Shown here one piece after another: positions 37,483-45,955 of a stretch of 64,000 bases of DNA (position 1 is its first letter; each line of letters starts with the position of its first letter). Below the pieces are notes generated by a model. That model was not told the DNA's origin and searched no databases. It saw only the letters and a program-made list of their open reading frames with translations. Made by a program: the position numbers and the translations under genes. Origin of the DNA: Dehalococcoidia bacterium (lineage in GTDB: Bacteria; Chloroflexota; Dehalococcoidia; Lucifugimonadales; QGNO01); contig CBDCQF010000009.1 of NCBI GenBank assembly GCA_965220545.1, forward strand, positions 84,660 through 148,659, read 5' to 3'.

Positions 37483-39374
37483 TGGTAATTCGTATATCTC
37501 GCGCAATGGGCTATGCCGACAGACTTGGCGTACAGCAAGCTGATCAAGCCATAAAAAAGGATATCGTACGCGCGCTTGTTGAATTAGTAACCAATAGTGA
37601 CGATAGCTATAGGCGCATTGAGAATAATGGTCGAGATGTTGATGGACGAATAATCATCGAATTGCAGAGGCGAAGGAGGAACGATTCCACCATCAGAGTT
37701 ATTGACTTTGCTGAAGGCATGGATAGCCCAACTATGGATCATGCACTTGGCAGATACGCTGAGGACACCAGCGGGTTTTCAAGTGGACAGCCTGTAAGAG
37801 GATACTTTGGACGTGGTGTTAAGGACGCGATCCTTGGTTTAGGTGAAGGGCTGGTTAGAAGCATTGTAGATGGTCGTATGCACCTTGCTCGACTTAGCAT
37901 CAGAGATGGACGTCCTCACTATGAAAGCTACAAACCCACCCCTGCCCCAACTAAACCAAGCTCAAACGCTTCGATCGTTGAAATCAAAATCACCAGAGAC
38001 GATATCAGGATTCCGCAGTTTGAAAACCTCCGTAGACAATTGTCATTGCACTTTGCTCTACGGGATATTCTAGATAACCATAAGCGGGAAATTTTGCTTA
38101 GGGAGTTGGCTCCCAACAATAGTCGCAGACATGAGATCCAATTAACGTATCAATTTCCTGTTGCACAGCATGTATCTACAGAATCTGTTCCCGTTGGAGA
38201 CTCTGGCACCGAGTGTGAAGTCACTCTATATAAAGCAACGGAACCCCTGGATACGCCACGAGAAGCAGGGCCTTCTGCACAAGCAGGCCTTTTGATTAAA
38301 GGCACTAATGCAATATTTGAAAACACTCTCTTCAAGTTCGACGGCGTAGTCCATTCGCAGAAATTCTTCGGCAGAGTAACTTGTCCTTATTTAGACCAAC
38401 TGTTGCGCAAAAATGAACCGATTGTCCTGGCTACCAGAGATGGATTAGACCGTTCACACGCCTTCGTTAAGGACTTGTTCCAAGCCTGTGAAAATTTCCT
38501 GCAGCCCTTCATTGATGAGGAAGCAAAGCGAGCCAGAACAGAAGAACGCCGCGTTCAAAGTGCGCAACTTAGGCAGAAACTGTCACAAGCCCTCACAGAA
38601 TTAAACCGAATAGCTAGAGAGGAATTGGCGGCTCTTGATCCAGGAAATGATCCAGAGACTCCAAATCCTTTCGTTCCTGCCAGCGGGTTTGGATTTGTCC
38701 CGGACATGACCAATGTTGCCCTTACAAGAAGGAAGACTCTCTTGGTTCGTAGTTTAACGCCCCAAATCATACCCGAAGGCTCCTTAGTTAATGTTTCATC
38801 CGAAGACCAAAATGTGATCATCGCTACCCCAAACGTTACGATAGAACCTAGAGAGGACTTTCCATGGATCGGAGAGGCTAAAGTTATTGTTGAGGGAACA
38901 CAGGTAGGAGCAGAAAGTATCATCGTGGCCGAGTGTGAAGGCCTGATGTCGGAAGCTTTGGTAAGAGTGATTGTAAGAGAACCACCAGATGGCGGCAACG
39001 TTGAGAGAAGACGTCGTGGTGGCTTGTTTAATGAGATTAAATTCTCTGAACAGCAAAACCCTAGACAACGAGTTCGATATGACGAGCAAACTCAAGACAT
39101 CATCGTTGCAATAAACCACAGTTCCGTGAGTCCATATATATCTGACTCCGCTGGCACAGGAACTGACACAGCACAAGGACAGGTAATACTAGCCGAGCTC
39201 GTATCAGAGGCCGTTTGCAACGCTATAGCTATAAGAGGAGTCCGAACTGGGCGGTTCCCAGCCCCGGTTGGAGGCGATGTAGAGGCAATCCAAGTACAAC
39301 AACTACGATTGCAAAATCTCTATGCTGGGCCCATTCACAGAGCATTTGTAAATCCAGAATTCAGGCAGGCCTAG
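37482..39374 (+). CDS. GHKL/Bergerat-fold ATPase (HATPase_c_3, MORC/Hsp90-like) with central coiled-coil and Ig-like C-terminal region
   Basis: N box ELVTNSDDS, G1 VIDFAEGMD, G2 GYFGRGVKD; EEAKRARTEERRVQSAQLRQKL coiled coil; Big_2-like beta-rich stretch (VNVSSEDQNVIIATPNVTIEP...IVEGTQVGAESIIVAE). Confidence 0.65.
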   Translation: MVIRISRAMGYADRLGVQQADQAIKKDIVRALVELVTNSDDSYRRIENNGRDVDGRIIIELQRRRRNDSTIRVIDFAEGMDSPTMDHALGRYAEDTSGFSSGQPVRGYFGRGVKDAILGLGEGLVRSIVDGRMHLARLSIRDGRPHYESYKPTPAPTKPSSNASIVEIKITRDDIRIPQFENLRRQLSLHFALRDILDNHKREILLRELAPNNSRRHEIQLTYQFPVAQHVSTESVPVGDSGTECEVTLYKATEPLDTPREAGPSAQAGLLIKGTNAIFENTLFKFDGVVHSQKFFGRVTCPYLDQLLRKNEPIVLATRDGLDRSHAFVKDLFQACENFLQPFIDEEAKRARTEERRVQSAQLRQKLSQALTELNRIAREELAALDPGNDPETPNPFVPASGFGFVPDMTNVALTRRKTLLVRSLTPQIIPEGSLVNVSSEDQNVIIATPNVTIEPREDFPWIGEAKVIVEGTQVGAESIIVAECEGLMSEALVRVIVREPPDGGNVERRRRGGLFNEIKFSEQQNPRQRVRYDEQTQDIIVAINHSSVSPYISDSAGTGTDTAQGQVILAELVSEAVCNAIAIRGVRTGRFPAPVGGDVEAIQVQQLRLQNLYAGPIHRAFVNPEFRQA

Positions 39375-39650
39375 CCCCTAACACCCCCCTGCCATCTCCA
39401 CCTTCCCCATCCCCCTACGCCCTTGCTATCCTTGCCTCACCATGACAAACACCCATACCCCACGTCGCCCCGATTCCCATGGCGGAATCCGCCGCTTCCC
39501 TGAAGAAAATCCGATTCGTTTCTCACCTCAAAAAAATTTTGGTTCGTTTTAGCCTTGCTGCTTGACATAACGTTGGAAACGAATACCCCGCCCAACTCTG
39601 CCCATCCACCCGCTTGCCCGTCTGCCCCCATCTCCGCTATCCTAACCCCC

Positions 39651-40907
39651 GTGAAGCTCATCCACTTCGCTGACCTCCACATCGGCGTCGAGAACTACGG
39701 CAGGCCCGACCCCGATACCGGCATGTCCACCCGCCTCCTCGACTTCCTCTCCGCCTACGATGAGATGGTCCAATACGCCATCGACAACCGCGTCGACGCC
39801 GTCATCTTTGCCGGCGACGCCTACAAGAACCGCGACCCCTCCCAGACCCACCAGCGCGAGTTCGCCAAGCGAATCGCCCAGCTAGCCTCGGAGGGCATCG
39901 CCGTCTTCCTCATCACCGGCAACCACGACCTTCCCGCCGTCGCCGGGCGCGCCTCCGCCCTCGAGATATTCCCTACCCTAGCCGTAGAGCGCGTCCACGT
40001 CTCGGACCGCATTGAGACCACCCTCCTCCGCACCCGCTCCGGCCCCCTCCAGGTCGTCTCCCTGCCCTGGATCAGGCGCAGCCGCTTCCTCACCCGCGAC
40101 GATACCCGCAACCTCACCATAGACCAGATTACCCAGCGTCTCCAGGAGCGACTCACCTACAGCCTCACCTGGGAGCTCCAGAACCTCAAGCCAAACATCC
40201 CCGCCATCCTCGTCGGCCACGTCACCGTCTCCGGCTCCAGGGTCGGCGCCGAGCGATCCATGATGCTCGGCCGCGACCACGTCCTCCTCCTCTCCACCCT
40301 CTCAGACCCCTCGCTGGACTACGTCGCCCTCGGCCACATCCACAAGTACCAGGTCCTCGGCCACAACCCCATGATCGTCTACCCAGGCAGCATGCAGCGC
40401 GTCGACTTCTCTGAAGAGACCGAGTCCAAGGGCTTCTGCGTATTGGAGATCGACCCGAACCTACCCCAGGGTCAACGCCTCGCCAGCTTCGACTTCCAGC
40501 CCGTCCAGGCCCGCACCTTCATCACCATCGACGTCGATATCCCCGCCCACACCGACGACCCCACCCGCGCCGTCCTCGAAGCCATCGCCCGCAAGTACGT
40601 CAGCCAGGCCATAGTCCGGGTACGCATCAGTCTGCCCGAGGAGTTGGAGCCGCGCCTCCGTGAACCGGACATCCGCGCCGCCCTCAAGGACGCCCACCAC
40701 ATAGCCTCCATCCAGCGCAACGTGGTCCGCTCCCGCCGCACCCGCATAGCCCCCGAAGCGGGCCGCGGCCTCTCCCCCGCGGACGCCATCCGCCTCTACT
40801 TCACCGTCCGTGACACCGACCCCAAGCGCGCCCAGACCCTCCTCGCCCACGCCGACGCCCTCATCCAAGAGGAACTGGAAGATTCCCACCACGAACCGCC
40901 CGCCTGA
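39651..40907 (+). CDS. sbcD: Mre11/SbcD-family metallophosphoesterase nuclease
   Basis: GTG start; IHFADLHIGV, FAGDAYK, ITGNHD, GHVTV, LGHIH motifs; no sbcC-like gene follows. Confidence 0.85.
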   Translation: MKLIHFADLHIGVENYGRPDPDTGMSTRLLDFLSAYDEMVQYAIDNRVDAVIFAGDAYKNRDPSQTHQREFAKRIAQLASEGIAVFLITGNHDLPAVAGRASALEIFPTLAVERVHVSDRIETTLLRTRSGPLQVVSLPWIRRSRFLTRDDTRNLTIDQITQRLQERLTYSLTWELQNLKPNIPAILVGHVTVSGSRVGAERSMMLGRDHVLLLSTLSDPSLDYVALGHIHKYQVLGHNPMIVYPGSMQRVDFSEETESKGFCVLEIDPNLPQGQRLASFDFQPVQARTFITIDVDIPAHTDDPTRAVLEAIARKYVSQAIVRVRISLPEELEPRLREPDIRAALKDAHHIASIQRNVVRSRRTRIAPEAGRGLSPADAIRLYFTVRDTDPKRAQTLLAHADALIQEELEDSHHEPPA

Positions 40908-40914
40908 CCCCCTC

Positions 40915-41062
40915 GTCATGCCCGTGTCGACGGGCATCCAGGGGTGGGGCACTCCGTCATTCTGAACGTAGCCCCCGCCGTCATGCCCGTGTCGACGGGC
41001 ATCCAGGGGTGGGGCCTCTGTCATTCTGAAGGTAGCGTAGCGAAGTGAAGAATCCAAAGCCT
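40915..41062. repeat. Tandem 65-bp C+B compound repeat (2 copies)
   Basis: gtcatgcccgtgtcgacgggcatccaggggtggggc identical at 40915 and 40980, each followed by gtcattctgaa... Confidence 0.9.
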
Positions 41063-41137
41063 CAGGCTAGCTATGCACTGAACCCCGTTGACCTCAACCA
41101 CCATCCAATCTACAGTTGATATCAGAGAGCCCGGCCA

Positions 41138-41710
41138 ATGGAAGAGACAACGCAAACAACTTACCCGTCCACAGTCAGGCGAGTCACCCTCGCCATAACC
41201 GCCGTCATCTTCGCCGGCCTGGGAGCGCTCATCGCCTTCGGACTCTTCCAACTCCAGAACAACGCGGGCAATGCCCCCTCCACCGGCGACCTGGAGCCCG
41301 CACCCGACTTCACCGCCCCCCTTTATTCGGGCGGCACCGGCGAATTTACCCTCTCCGACCACCGGGGCAGCCCGGTCGTCGTCAACTTCTGGGGCTCCTG
41401 GTGTCCTCCCTGCCGCGCCGAGTTCCCTGCCCTTCAGGCCGTCGCCGACGAATACAAGGACCGTGGCCTTATAGTCTTCGGCGTCGATGTCCAGGACACG
41501 GAGGAAAACGCCAGGGCCTTCCTGGAGGAGCAAAACACCACCTTCTTAACCGGCCCCGATCTCACCGGCCAGATCTCCCTTGACTACCAGGTGCTCTCCA
41601 TGCCCACTACCTACTTCGTTACCAGGGACGGCAAGATTCTGCGGTCTTGGGCCGGCCAGATAGACGAAGCTCGACTGACCACCTTCATTGAAGAGATCTT
41701 GAACACCTAG
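41138..41710 (+). CDS. TlpA/ResA-like thiol-disulfide oxidoreductase (membrane-anchored thioredoxin fold)
   Basis: N-terminal TM helix; VVVNFWGSWCPPCRAEFP CxxC motif. Confidence 0.85.
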   Translation: MEETTQTTYPSTVRRVTLAITAVIFAGLGALIAFGLFQLQNNAGNAPSTGDLEPAPDFTAPLYSGGTGEFTLSDHRGSPVVVNFWGSWCPPCRAEFPALQAVADEYKDRGLIVFGVDVQDTEENARAFLEEQNTTFLTGPDLTGQISLDYQVLSMPTTYFVTRDGKILRSWAGQIDEARLTTFIEEILNT

Positions 41711-41728
41711 AGGAACCTTGCTAGAAAC

Positions 41729-42220
41729 ATGGATTTAACCGGCTGGTTTATGGTAGCCATGCGCTGGCTGCACATACTGGCGGCAGCGGCGTGGATCGGG
41801 GGCAGCATATTCTTCTTCGCTGTCCTGCGGCCTGCCCTGCGCGGCTCATCTGGCGGGCCTCTCCTCGCCCGCCTCGCAGGCCAGGAGTTCCGCCAGATGG
41901 TCGATGTCGCCATTTGGGTGCTTCTGGTAAGCGGCTCTATCATTTCCGTGGACAGACTGACCTCCGGGCACTCTACGCCCACCTATGGAGTGGTTCTGGC
42001 TCTGAAGATTGCTTTTTCCCTTTGGATGTTCGGCCTGGTCTGGTTTCGCAGGCGCAGCTCCTCGACCATGCCGCCTGAAGAGGCCGCGGGGAACCCCGGC
42101 CTTCTCAGTCGCGTCTCATCCGTGCTGACCCCAACCAACCTTATCCTGGCCCTTGGTCTGGTTGTGCTCCTACTCGCCGAACTTCTGGGCCACCTCTTTG
42201 AGCAGAGCCTGGCCGGATAA
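41729..42220 (+). CDS. Integral membrane protein (4 TM, CopD-like?)
   Basis: 163 aa; RWLHILAAAAWIGGSIFF.. resembles CopD-type helices; assignment tentative. Confidence 0.5.
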   Translation: MDLTGWFMVAMRWLHILAAAAWIGGSIFFFAVLRPALRGSSGGPLLARLAGQEFRQMVDVAIWVLLVSGSIISVDRLTSGHSTPTYGVVLALKIAFSLWMFGLVWFRRRSSSTMPPEEAAGNPGLLSRVSSVLTPTNLILALGLVVLLLAELLGHLFEQSLAG

Positions 42221-42231
42221 TTCAGCCTTAC

Positions 42232-42993
42232 ATGGAACTCGTCAGACAGCTTGGCAACAACCTCCTGGTCAATCTCCAACTGGTAGCGGGGCTTGTCTCC
42301 TTCTGGGTAGCTGACCTGCTGGTTCAACGGCGGCTCAGGTCCATGGGTCTAGAGGCCAAGTCCCTTGCCGGACTCACCTTCTGGGTAGGCGGTGGAGCGC
42401 TCATCGGTGGACGGCTCCTCTACGTTCTACCCAACCTGCCGAACTATCTCAGTCACCCCTTTGACCTTGTTTACGTAAACATAGGCGCATCCATCTATGG
42501 CGCTTTCCTGGGAGCTACGCTATCTCTGGCCATCTACGCGCGCCGAACCGGCCTCCCTTTCATATATATGTTGGATGCTTACGCCTTGTTCGCCCCCATT
42601 GGCATCGCCTCCTACCGCCTGAGCTGCTTCGCCCATAGCCCGTGCTGGGGCCGCCCCACCGATTCTATTCTGGGCGTCCAATTCCCTGGCCTCAGCATCT
42701 CCAGATACCCCTCCGACATCTACGAAGGTCTGCTTGTACTGGCGTTATTCGCCATCTTGCTTCAACTGGACCTCCGTAGAGCAATCCCCGGCCTGCTTTC
42801 CGCAAGCTTTTTGCTGGGGTATAGTCTGATCCGGGGTGTCGTGGACGTAACTCGCATGCAGCCCAGCTTCTGGGCTAAGATAGACCCCTGGATTGCAATT
42901 GCAGTAGCCCTGATAGCGAGCATAGCCGCTATACTTATCTTGTGGCAAAGGCCGTTTGCTGCTTTACGACGACAGCAGGAACAAGGAGACTAG
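42232..42993 (+). CDS. lgt: Prolipoprotein diacylglyceryl transferase
   Basis: GGRLLYVL, IYGAFLGA, YPSDIYEG (HPTQLYE-like) motifs; 7 TM pattern. Confidence 0.75.
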   Translation: MELVRQLGNNLLVNLQLVAGLVSFWVADLLVQRRLRSMGLEAKSLAGLTFWVGGGALIGGRLLYVLPNLPNYLSHPFDLVYVNIGASIYGAFLGATLSLAIYARRTGLPFIYMLDAYALFAPIGIASYRLSCFAHSPCWGRPTDSILGVQFPGLSISRYPSDIYEGLLVLALFAILLQLDLRRAIPGLLSASFLLGYSLIRGVVDVTRMQPSFWAKIDPWIAIAVALIASIAAILILWQRPFAALRRQQEQGD

Positions 42994-42998
42994 CACAC

Positions 42999-43181
42999 AT
43001 GAAGAAAGACCTTCTCAACATCCTGGCCTGCCCGGTCTGCAAAGGCCGTCTGGATCTGAGGGCGACCAAGGAAGACAACAACGACATAATCGAAGGCGCT
43101 TTGCATTGCGAACAATGCAATCAAGGTTATCCAATTGAGGACTCTATACCCAATCTTCTCCCGCCCAGCCTTACCGGTTGA
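42999..43181 (+). CDS. Trm112/UPF0434 family zinc-ribbon protein
   Basis: 60 aa; LLNILACPVCKGRL...LHCEQCNQGYPIEDSIPNLL. Confidence 0.8.
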   Translation: MKKDLLNILACPVCKGRLDLRATKEDNNDIIEGALHCEQCNQGYPIEDSIPNLLPPSLTG

Positions 43182-43184
43182 GCT

Positions 43185-43721
43185 TTAACGCCTCTCTTTG
43201 GGCAGCACTATCGGCGATTTCCAGATTCGCACGCCCTCCGTACCATTGACCTGCTCCAGCAGTTCGGCGGCTGTCTTGTTCAGAATCGGATGCTGCCACT
43301 GCGGCGCTATCTCAGCAAGCGGCGCCAGCACGAAAGCCCGTTCATGCAACGCACTGTGCGGTATTGCCAGCGAACCCGTCCTAACAACCTCGTCTCCGTA
43401 GGCCAGTATGTCCACGTCCAGTACCCTGGGCCCGTACTTGAAAGACGGTTCCCGACCGGCCAGAGTCTCCAATTCTTTGCATACGGATAGAAGCTCCTCA
43501 GGTTCCAGCCTCGTTAGGCACCTGCAAACCATGTTGAGGAACTTGGGCTGGTCCAAGTAGCCCCAGGGCTCGGTTTCATAAATCGATGAGGTTTGAATGC
43601 CGCACACCGACTCGGATAGGCGTTCGACAGCGCGCCGGATGTTCTCTTCTCTATCGCCCAGATTGCTGCCAAATCCCAGGTAAGCTTTAACAAGTCCCGC
43701 TGCCACTATTTTAGGCTCCAA
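43185..43721 (-). CDS. folK: 2-amino-4-hydroxy-6-hydroxymethyldihydropteridine diphosphokinase
   Basis: AYLGFGSNLGDR, YETEPWG, LDVDIL, PHP-like motifs. Confidence 0.9.
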   Translation of the reverse strand: MEPKIVAAGLVKAYLGFGSNLGDREENIRRAVERLSESVCGIQTSSIYETEPWGYLDQPKFLNMVCRCLTRLEPEELLSVCKELETLAGREPSFKYGPRVLDVDILAYGDEVVRTGSLAIPHSALHERAFVLAPLAEIAPQWQHPILNKTAAELLEQVNGTEGVRIWKSPIVLPKERR

Positions 43722-44566
43722 CCCCGAACCACGGCATCGGCCATACGGGCAACGCGGGTCATGGCCTTGACATCGTGAACCCTGATCAAATCTGCGCCAT
43801 TTGCTATGGCCAGGGCTACGGTTGCCGCGGTGCCTTCAAGTCGCTCTTCAACCGGCAAGCCCAGAACCGCCCCTATCGTAGATTTGCGGGAAGTCCCCAC
43901 CAATACCGGAAAACCGAGCGCCTTGACCTCGTTCAAGCGCTGCAGTATCTCTATGTTGTGCTCAGGAGTCTTGCCGAAGCCAAACCCCGGGTCAACCCAG
44001 ATGTCATGCCTGGCTACCCCTGCGTCAACTGCAACTCTAACGCTTTCCTGAAGGCTCAGCTTGACCTCTGATAGCAAGTCCTTGTAGTGAGTCCCTTGCT
44101 GATTGTGCATCAGAATAATGGGCACTTTGTAACTCTTTGCTACTTCTGCCAGGCCCGCATCAGCCTTCAGACCCCACACGTCGTTTATGATTGTTGCGCC
44201 TGCTTCCACAGCGTGTTTAGCAACCTCCGACTTGTACGTGTCCACACTTACAGGAACGTTTACTTCCGCGGACAGCCGCTGGATGACCGGGATGACGCGT
44301 CTCAACTCCTCATCCATAGCGACTACTTGCGACTCCTTGCCTTGACTTCCACCCGAAACGCTGCTCTCCACCCTTGCCGAAGTCAGCGGCCTTGTGGACT
44401 CACCGCCAACGTCAAGGATATCCGCTCCCTCTTCAACGAACCTCAAGCCTTGCTCTACCGCTTTCTCTATGTCGCAAAGGCCGTCGCCGGAGAAGGACTC
44501 AGGCGACATGTTAATGACGCCCATCACGTACGTCCTGCTTCCCCAGTCAAAAACAGGTTCTGCCAT
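43706..44566 (-). CDS. folP: Dihydropteroate synthase (with ~18-aa insertion after the GGESTRP motif)
   Basis: GVINMSPESFSGDG, DVGGESTRP, INDVWG, GTSRKS, RVHDV motifs; start at MAEPVFDW; 16-nt overlap with folK. Confidence 0.9.
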   Translation of the reverse strand: MAEPVFDWGSRTYVMGVINMSPESFSGDGLCDIEKAVEQGLRFVEEGADILDVGGESTRPLTSARVESSVSGGSQGKESQVVAMDEELRRVIPVIQRLSAEVNVPVSVDTYKSEVAKHAVEAGATIINDVWGLKADAGLAEVAKSYKVPIILMHNQQGTHYKDLLSEVKLSLQESVRVAVDAGVARHDIWVDPGFGFGKTPEHNIEILQRLNEVKALGFPVLVGTSRKSTIGAVLGLPVEERLEGTAATVALAIANGADLIRVHDVKAMTRVARMADAVVRGWSLK

Positions 44567-44579
44567 GGCTCGCCCCGCG

Positions 44580-45872
44580 TTACACATCATCCGAAAGGGA
44601 GACTGTTGATTCTCTGTCCGCCGCCGATACATCCTCCCGAACAACTGACGTCACCGGCCTGGCCCAGTAAAGAGCTAGCATACCCAACGCGAATATGCCT
44701 ATCACAGATGCAAAAGCCGGGCTGTAGCTCCCGGTTGCATCGAAGATAACTCCCACCATTATGGGGGCCAGGAACGCTGCTCCCGACGTTGCCATATTGA
44801 TGAGCCCAAATATGGTCCCAAAGTACTTCAAACCAAAGGTTTCCTGGGCCAGCAAGGCAAAAACCACGCCGGTGCCCCCCAGAGCCATCCCATACACAGG
44901 CGCCGCCATCCAGACTAGAGTCGTACTGGGTAGGGTGATTAGTATGACCAGCCCCAGGCTTTGCGCCAGAAGACCCATAATCAGCACGTAGCGAGACGGG
45001 AAACGCTCGGTCATAAATCCAAACACTATCTTGCCAGACATGCCAAATGCGGCGGTGAGTCCCAAGAAGAACGCAGCCCTGCTCAGAGTCATACCCTCAT
45101 TCTGCAAGTGTGGAATTATTTGGGTCAGCACGGCCTGGTAGGTAAAGCTGGCAGCCATCACCCCCAGGACCACAGCGTAGAATGATCCGCTCCTCAATGC
45201 ACCGCGGGCGGTCGTTCCTTGGATAGCAGCGGGCTGGGTCAGACCAATACGGGTGTTGAACTGATCCGGTTGCCTAGGTTGGTCGCGCACGAAGAGCAAA
45301 GCCGCCAGAGCGGTGATGACGCAGATAACGCCAAACGTGCTGTAGCCGCCTTGCCAGCCTGCGTTAGATACAAGAACACTGGCGAACACCGGCATCACAA
45401 CCCCTCCGAAATTGGCGCCCATCATGGCAATCCCCAGCATCCTCCCCGTAGTTCTGGGAAACCATGCGCCAATCAGCTTTCCGGCCGGCAGCATTGCGGA
45501 ACCTGGCATACCGGCGAATTGCATGATGCTCAGAGCGTACCAGTGCCAGAGCTCGCTCATGAACGGACGCAACAAATAGCTCGCACCAAACAGAACAAGT
45601 GAGGCGGCCATGACCGGCCTTGCTCCAATCTTGTCCATCATCCTTCCCACCAGAGGAGCGCTCAGACCGCCTATGGCAAAGAACGACAATGAGACGTTGA
45701 TTTGAGCCCTGGACCAAGCAAACTGCTCTTCCAAGGGCTCGATAAAAACGCCGAAGGCGTACTGTCCCGTTCCTACGGCCACGCTCATAGAGGCAAATAC
45801 TATGGCTACAATTGCCCACCCGTAACCGGGCCTTTTGAGCAACGCTTTTCCAGGATATGCGCTGTAATTCAT
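44580..45872 (-). CDS. MFS transporter (oxalate/formate antiporter-like)
   Basis: 12 TM pattern; GRMMDKIGARP loop motif; 13 nt upstream of folP on the same strand. Confidence 0.85.
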   Translation of the reverse strand: MNYSAYPGKALLKRPGYGWAIVAIVFASMSVAVGTGQYAFGVFIEPLEEQFAWSRAQINVSLSFFAIGGLSAPLVGRMMDKIGARPVMAASLVLFGASYLLRPFMSELWHWYALSIMQFAGMPGSAMLPAGKLIGAWFPRTTGRMLGIAMMGANFGGVVMPVFASVLVSNAGWQGGYSTFGVICVITALAALLFVRDQPRQPDQFNTRIGLTQPAAIQGTTARGALRSGSFYAVVLGVMAASFTYQAVLTQIIPHLQNEGMTLSRAAFFLGLTAAFGMSGKIVFGFMTERFPSRYVLIMGLLAQSLGLVILITLPSTTLVWMAAPVYGMALGGTGVVFALLAQETFGLKYFGTIFGLINMATSGAAFLAPIMVGVIFDATGSYSPAFASVIGIFALGMLALYWARPVTSVVREDVSAADRESTVSLSDDV

Positions 45873-45955
45873 ACCTACTTCCACTAACGGTACGGGTTGC
45901 AGGACTGATATACAACCCTTACGATAGCACCACCTTTCTCCTGGGAGGGAGCACT

